A DNA stretch of 64,000 nucleotides. Origin: an uncultured Alphaproteobacteria bacterium (lineage in GTDB: Bacteria > Pseudomonadota > Alphaproteobacteria > Rhizobiales > Xanthobacteraceae). The notes under the pieces are model-generated. The model worked only from the letters and a program-made list of their open reading frames with translations. It ran no database searches and was not told where the DNA came from. The stretch covers positions 36,186 to 100,185 of the forward strand of contig CAVVLH010000006.1 of NCBI GenBank assembly GCA_963748805.1, in the 5' to 3' direction. Shown here in pieces: positions 58,563 through 64,000 of this stretch. How positions within the stretch are numbered: position 1 is the stretch's first letter; the number at the start of each line of letters is the position of its first letter. The translations under genes and the position numbers were made by a program.

Positions 58563-59504
58563 TCAGGTTTGCTGGATCGCTGACAATTCCCAATTAGCGC
58601 CGCGCGGGCGCAGGAAGGTCCACACCTCCGTGACTTCCTCCGGCTGCCCGTTGCCTTTGACGACGCGGCCGGTGGCGCGATCGAGCGTGGTGTCGACCAG
58701 CGAATAGCGCATCGCTACGCTCGCGTAATCGGTGTCGCCCTCGCGCCAGGCTTCGGCGAGATCGCCTTGCAGAAGCCGCGTGCCGGCAACCTTGTTGACG
58801 ACATTCTCCGCCTTGTTCTGCTCGAGATCGCGGACGAAGTACGACACCATTTCCGGCGTCGCCAGCGTGTGAAGCCGGGCGACATCCTCGTTCGACCAGG
58901 CGTCCTGGGTTTCGCTGAGCAGCCGCTCGAAGGCCTCGTAATCGGCGGGAAGAATCTGAACCGGCGCACTGCCCGAGCCCAGACCAAACCCCATCCCCGA
59001 TCCGTGCGTCGCCTGGGCGCTGAGCGGCGAAGGCCCACCGGCATAGGCCGTCGCCGTCTGATTACGGCGCTGCCACCACGACATCGCCATGCGCACCACG
59101 AACACGATCAAGCCGATCTGCAAGATGAGCCCGATGATCGAGGAAAAGCCGCCGATGCCGCCGAACAGTCCGCCGCCAAACAGCATGCCGAGCAGACCGG
59201 CGCCGAGAAATCCCGCCGCTAGTCCGCCGAACAGGCCCATGCCCGGCCGGTTGAAGAAGCCGCCACCGCCCGTGCCCAAACCGGGGCTGCCCGGCTGCGT
59301 CATGGTGCGATTGAACGGTTGCGCCGTGCTCGGCGCGGTCGAGGTCGAAGGCGGCGCAGAGAACGTCCGCGCGCCGCGCGAGCCCGAGCTGACGCCGCCG
59401 CCGATCCGCGCATCGGCAGAGGTTGCAACGACCAGCGGCAAGGCAAGCGACAAAACGACGGCGAAGGCCTGCATGACGCCGAAAACACGTGGCCTGAAAT
59501 TCAT
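58563..59504 (-). CDS. Tim44 domain-containing membrane protein
   Basis: DAR.GGG.S.GSRG.RT, glycine-rich TM, AW.EG..DYA.V, E..E.WTF.R..G..W.LSAIQQ. Confidence 0.9.
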   Translation of the reverse strand: MNFRPRVFGVMQAFAVVLSLALPLVVATSADARIGGGVSSGSRGARTFSAPPSTSTAPSTAQPFNRTMTQPGSPGLGTGGGGFFNRPGMGLFGGLAAGFLGAGLLGMLFGGGLFGGIGGFSSIIGLILQIGLIVFVVRMAMSWWQRRNQTATAYAGGPSPLSAQATHGSGMGFGLGSGSAPVQILPADYEAFERLLSETQDAWSNEDVARLHTLATPEMVSYFVRDLEQNKAENVVNKVAGTRLLQGDLAEAWREGDTDYASVAMRYSLVDTTLDRATGRVVKGNGQPEEVTEVWTFLRPRGANWELSAIQQT

Positions 59505-59686
59505 GGCGATATTCCCTTGAAACCCGCGCTTCGATGGTCTTGATGCCCTTGGGAAAGCGCTCCCCCTTAGGTGGGCAGGGTCGCTCAAAAGGGAAGCCAC
59601 AGCGAGGGGGATAGGCTGCGGCCCTGCGTCGCGGGGCCGGCGCCCATCTTTACGAATGTCACTGTGATCGCAACGCGATATCAACC

Positions 59687-62245
59687 TTACTGCGGCGTCA
59701 TGGTCTCCTTCACGGCGGCGACGAGCTGGCTCAGCGTGAAGGGCTTCGGCAGGAAGGCAAATTGCTGGTTCTCCGGCAGGCTTTTCTCGAAGGCGTCTTC
59801 CGCATAGCCCGAAACGAAGATGATCTTCAGGTCGGGGTTCTTGCCCCGCATGGTTTTCAGCAGCGTCGGCCCGTCCATCTCCGGCATCACCACGTCGGAG
59901 ACGACGAGATCGACCGCACCGTCTTTTTCCTCCAGCGCCTCCAGCGCCTCGACGCCGTTGGAGGCCTCGATCACGCTATAGCCGCGCGAGCGCAAGCCCC
60001 GCGCATTGAGCGAGCGCAAGCCCTCTTCGTCCTCGACCAGCAGGATCGTGCCCTGCCCGGTCAGATCGGTGCGCGGCTTTGCGTCGGCGGGAGTTTCCCT
60101 GGCAGCGCCGTTGGCAGCCACCGGATCGCTCGCCACTTCCTTCTCGGGGTGATGCCGCGGCAGGAAGATGCGGAACGAGGTTCCCTTGCCCGGTTCGGAA
60201 TCCACGTAGATGAAGCCGCCGGTCTGCTTGACGATGCCGTACACCGTCGAGAGCCCAAGGCCGGTGCCTTTGCCGACCTCCTTGGTCGAGAAGAACGGCT
60301 CGAAGATCTTGTCGACGATATCAGCCGGAATACCGGTGCCGGTGTCGCTGACATCGATCCGGACATATTCAGCCGCCGGCATCCCCTTATAGGCCAGCTG
60401 GGTGGCTTCGTCGGCCGTGACGTTGGCGGTGCGTACCGTGAGCTTGCCGCCATCGGGCATCGCATCGCGCGCATTGACCGCGAGATTGACCACCACCTGT
60501 TCGAATTGCGAGACGTCGACCTTCACCGGCCACAGGTCGCGGCCATGGACGAGGTCGAGTTTCACCTTCTCGCCGATCAGACGGCGCAACAGCATGGTGA
60601 GGTCGGACAGCGCGTCGCCGAGATCGAGCACCTGCGGTCGCAGCGTCTGGCGGCGCGAGAACGCCAGCAGCTGGCGCACCAGCGTCGCCGCCCGCGTCGC
60701 GTTCTGCTTGATCTGCATGATGTCCTGGAACGACGGGTCGGTCGGCTTGTGCGCGTTCAGCAGGAAATCGTTCGCCATCATGATCGCGGACAGCACATTA
60801 TTGAAGTCGTGCGCGATGCCGCCGGCGAGCTGGCCGACCATGTCCATCTTCTGCGACTGATTGATCTGGTTTTCCAGCGCCCGGCGCTCGGTCGTCTCCA
60901 GCATGTAGACGATCGCGGCTTCCGCCTCGCGCTCGTCTTCCTCCACGGCGGTGACGAAGAACTGAGCCCACCGCTCCTTGCTGCCGTCGAGCATCACCTC
61001 GACCGGTGCGATATCGCCCTGTCCCTGCGCTGCCTGGTTGATGGCGGCGACCAGAAGGTTGCGGTCGCGCGCGTTCACGGTGCTGAAGATCGATTTGCCG
61101 GCCGCGCCATCGGCGCCGAGGCCCTGCGACAGTTTGGCGAACCTGGCATTGGCGCGGACGATGGCACCTGCGCTGTCGACGGTCGCAATCGCCATCGGCG
61201 TATGGTCGAAGAAGCGCATGAAGCGCACTTCGGCGGCCCGTTGCGGATCGGCGCGCTCGTCGCGCGCGCGGCTGATCACGAGCGTCCGCGAGGCGCCCGG
61301 CGCGCCATCGGCGCCGAATGCAAGCTTGTGATAAAGCCGCGCCGGCATGGTCTTGCCGGTGCGCATGCGCAAATCGATATCGAAGACCTCGGTCGTGACT
61401 TCGCCCGGCACCGGCGTCACCGAGGTCAAAAGCGCCGCGCCATCGCCGGACACGATGTCGGTCAGCTTCAAGCCGCCCGACCCGATTTCCGCCAGATCGT
61501 AATCGAGCCAGTTGGCGAGCGTCGCATTGACATAGGCGATGTCGCCCGAGGCGTTGACCGAGAAAAACCCGCACGGCGCATGATCGAGATATTCGATCGC
61601 GTGCTGCAATTCCTGGAACACGTCCTCCTGCCGCTCGCGGTCGCGGGTGATGTCGGCGATCGACCATACCGCATACTTGGCCTCGCGCTTGCTCTGGCCG
61701 AGCGGACGGACCCGCATCCTGAGCCAGCGGCCGTGGGCGCCGTCGGTGCCGGCAAGGCGGACTTCCTCCTGCTGGCGTTTGCCTTCGCGCGCCGCCTTGA
61801 GCAGCCGGAACACCGCTTCCGAGACGTCGGGATTGCCGATGAAAACCCGCTCCACCGGGCGAACGTCTTGCGGGTTCACCGCGCCCGTGATCGCCAGATA
61901 GGCCGAATTGGAATAAGCGACATGGCCTGATGGGTCCGTAACGGCAATCCCGTCATAGGCGAGATCGGCGATGCGGCGCACCACCGGATCGTCGATCGAG
62001 CGGTCGACAAAGCGGATGATGCCGGCGGCAAAGGCGAACAGATTGAACAGGCCGACCATGGCAAGCAGCGCCAGCAGCCCTAGAATATAAGGCTGCGCCT
62101 GCGCCCGGCCGATGGACATGAGCGCAGCCGCCGCGGCGACGATGACGCCGGCCACCAGCAAAACCAGCACAATGCTGCCGCCCCGCCGCACCGGCTCGTG
62201 GGCGGTGGCCGGTCTCGGGGCGTATGGATCGGATTCGGCGGTCAT
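59687..62245 (-). CDS. cckA: Cell-cycle hybrid histidine kinase CckA
   Basis: Two TM, PAS domains, [35 protein letters not shown]-terminal receiver; immediately downstream of flhB. Confidence 0.95.
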   Translation of the reverse strand: MTAESDPYAPRPATAHEPVRRGGSIVLVLLVAGVIVAAAAALMSIGRAQAQPYILGLLALLAMVGLFNLFAFAAGIIRFVDRSIDDPVVRRIADLAYDGIAVTDPSGHVAYSNSAYLAITGAVNPQDVRPVERVFIGNPDVSEAVFRLLKAAREGKRQQEEVRLAGTDGAHGRWLRMRVRPLGQSKREAKYAVWSIADITRDRERQEDVFQELQHAIEYLDHAPCGFFSVNASGDIAYVNATLANWLDYDLAEIGSGGLKLTDIVSGDGAALLTSVTPVPGEVTTEVFDIDLRMRTGKTMPARLYHKLAFGADGAPGASRTLVISRARDERADPQRAAEVRFMRFFDHTPMAIATVDSAGAIVRANARFAKLSQGLGADGAAGKSIFSTVNARDRNLLVAAINQAAQGQGDIAPVEVMLDGSKERWAQFFVTAVEEDEREAEAAIVYMLETTERRALENQINQSQKMDMVGQLAGGIAHDFNNVLSAIMMANDFLLNAHKPTDPSFQDIMQIKQNATRAATLVRQLLAFSRRQTLRPQVLDLGDALSDLTMLLRRLIGEKVKLDLVHGRDLWPVKVDVSQFEQVVVNLAVNARDAMPDGGKLTVRTANVTADEATQLAYKGMPAAEYVRIDVSDTGTGIPADIVDKIFEPFFSTKEVGKGTGLGLSTVYGIVKQTGGFIYVDSEPGKGTSFRIFLPRHHPEKEVASDPVAANGAARETPADAKPRTDLTGQGTILLVEDEEGLRSLNARGLRSRGYSVIEASNGVEALEALEEKDGAVDLVVSDVVMPEMDGPTLLKTMRGKNPDLKIIFVSGYAEDAFEKSLPENQQFAFLPKPFTLSQLVAAVKETMTPQ

Positions 62246-62409
62246 AGGTAAGGAGAATAGCCTGTCGACACGGAAAGACGCGCAATATGTACGCTAAATT
62301 CGGCGTTTCTCTCCCTGAGTGCCCCAATCAGGCCCGTTAGCGCAAGCCGCCGCCGGGGTAATTCGCAAGCTGTTCGCCATCCGAAGGACCCGGAACCGGT
62401 GGGGCTGCA

Positions 62410-63483
62410 TCATCGCCGGCCCGACACGCCGCGCCGCAGACCCATCACGTAGCCGATGATTTCGGCGACCGCGTGATAATGTTCCACGGGTATTTCCTGG
62501 TCGATCTCCACATTGGCATAGAGCGCGCGCGCCAGCGGCACGTTCTCGACGATCGGAATATCGTGCTTGCCGGCGATTTCCCTGATCTTGAGCGCGATCA
62601 GGTCGGCGCCCTTGGCCACGCAGATCGGGGCCGGCATGCCGCGTTCGTAGGACAGCGCCACCGAGTAGTGGGTCGGGTTGGTGATGATGACGGAGGCCGT
62701 GGGGACCGCGGCCATCATGCGCTTCTTCATGCGTTGCTGCCGCAACTGCCGGATTCGGCCCTTGATATGCGGATCGCCTTCGGACTGCTTGAATTCGTCC
62801 TTCATCTCGCGCAGCGACATTTTCTGCCGCTCGTACCATTGCCGGTACTGGAAGAAGTAATCCGCAATCGCGACGACTGCGAGCATGGCGACCACCGCGC
62901 CCATCAGATGCATCGTCAAACTGACGATTACGCCCAATAACGCGGCCGGATCGAACCGCAGCATCGACTCCAGACGATGCCGCTCCGGCCACAGGATTGC
63001 CGTCATCACCGAGCCGAGCGCAATCAGCTTGAACAGGCCCTTGGCGAAATTGGCCAGCGCCTGTTTGCCGAAGATGCGCTTGGCGCCTTCCTTCGGCGAA
63101 ATCTTGGAGAACTTGGGCTTGAGCGATTCGGCCGACCAGACCAGCCGGTGCTGCAACATGTTGCCGGCGATCGCCGCGATCAGCAGCATCAGGATCGGCA
63201 GGCCGAGCGCGGCAAACAGCACATATTCCAGGTTTTGCATCAGCATCAGAAGACCCGGACCATCGACCCGGATCATCCAGGAATTGGCGATGAGATTCTT
63301 CAGCGGCGTCTGGACATCGCCGATGGAACCGGAAAAGTTCGAAATAACAAGGGTTGCGCCCGCGATCATGAACCAGGTGTTGACTTCCTGGCTCTTGGCG
63401 ACGTCGCCGCGCTCAAGCGCATCCTTGAGACGTTTTTGGGTGGGGTCTTCTGAGCGTTCGCCGCTATCGTCCGCGTCGGCCAT
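62410..63483 (-). CDS. flhB: Flagellar export protein FlhB
   Basis: E.PT.KRL..A..RG.VAKS.E, E.KQSEGDP..K.R, TNPTH autocleavage motif. Confidence 0.97.
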   Translation of the reverse strand: MADADDSGERSEDPTQKRLKDALERGDVAKSQEVNTWFMIAGATLVISNFSGSIGDVQTPLKNLIANSWMIRVDGPGLLMLMQNLEYVLFAALGLPILMLLIAAIAGNMLQHRLVWSAESLKPKFSKISPKEGAKRIFGKQALANFAKGLFKLIALGSVMTAILWPERHRLESMLRFDPAALLGVIVSLTMHLMGAVVAMLAVVAIADYFFQYRQWYERQKMSLREMKDEFKQSEGDPHIKGRIRQLRQQRMKKRMMAAVPTASVIITNPTHYSVALSYERGMPAPICVAKGADLIALKIREIAGKHDIPIVENVPLARALYANVEIDQEIPVEHYHAVAEIIGYVMGLRRGVSGRR

Positions 63484-63498
63484 GAATTCAAAAAGCCC

Positions 63499-64000
63499 TT
63501 ACTTCAGAGGGATCATGTCGTGCATGACGGCGATAAAGTAGTCGAGGAAGCTGCCCATCATGGCCGTCAGCACGACGGCAAAGATCAGAAACCCGGCCAG
63601 GATCGAGAGCGGCACGCCCACGAAATAGACCTGCATCTGCGGCATCAGCCGCGCCAGCACGCCGAGACCGATGTTGAAGACAAGGCCAAAAACCAGAAAC
63701 GGCGCAGACAGTTGCATGCCGATCTTGAAGGCAGCCGCGAACGCGCGGGTGGCGAGCGCGGCGACGTCGCCGCTCGGCATCACCTCGCCCGGCGAGAAGA
63801 TCGAATAGCTGTCGTTGAGCGCGGCAATGACCAGATGGTGGCTGTCGGTCGCAAACAACATGGTAATGCCGAGCATCGTCAGGAAATTGCCGATCACGAC
63901 GCCCTGCTGGCCCTGCGTCGGGTCGACCGAAGTCACGAAGCCAAGGCCGAGCTGCTGGGCGATCACGGCGCCTGCGACCTGAAGTGCCGCCAACGTGACC
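63499..64000 (-). CDS. fliR: Flagellar export protein FliR (5' end outside the window)
   Basis: AG..IAQQLGL, LF.TD.HH, G.L.RL.PQMQVYFVG.P; upstream of flhB. Confidence 0.95.
   Translation of the reverse strand, partial: VTLAALQVAGAVIAQQLGLGFVTSVDPTQGQQGVVIGNFLTMLGITMLFATDSHHLVIAALNDSYSIFSPGEVMPSGDVAALATRAFAAAFKIGMQLSAPFLVFGLVFNIGLGVLARLMPQMQVYFVGVPLSILAGFLIFAVVLTAMMGSFLDYFIAVMHDMIPLK

Noticed and set aside
59762-61930. 722-aa plus-strand ORF and many other long antisense ORFs (e.g. 4720-5733, 11965-12933, 13486-14979, 38637-39680)
   Set aside because: They are shadows of real genes on the opposite strand in high-GC DNA, with no recognisable motifs

Overview
GC-rich alphaproteobacterial chromosome segment, most consistent with Bradyrhizobium/Nitrobacteraceae (inferred from fliR-flhB-cckA synteny, many orphan solute-binding proteins and typical palindromic intergenic repeats). 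It holds about 60 genes, mostly accessory: regulators, transporters and oxidoreductases, with fumA, cckA, flhB and a partial fliR as core genes. I found no rRNA, tRNA, CRISPR array or transposase. Most notable: (1) a 41.7-51.7 kb module made of a PrtD/PrtE-type type I secretion system, a non-RTX acidic helical cargo candidate that only reads through after correcting three single-base indels and ends in HHHQFEHMWH, and a divergent di-heme cytochrome b/periplasmic heme-domain protein translationally coupled to a 2Fe-2S/FAD/NAD(P)H reductase; (2) a membrane-anchored CbbX/SpoVK/EccA-type AAA+ ATPase coupled to a membrane-anchored TPR protein, upstream of a secreted caspase-like protease and an OmpA protein; (3) an orphan TRAP binding protein coupled to a chemoreceptor; (4) a TetX-like monooxygenase with a divergent MarR gene and a perfect 34-bp palindromic operator; (5) a family of CTAG-bounded twin-hairpin elements with mirror-image 3-nt bulges (three full pairs, one apparently collapsed copy, one partial copy). 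Five single-base frameshifts in three genes may be sequencing errors rather than biology. All family assignments come from motif recognition, not database searches.
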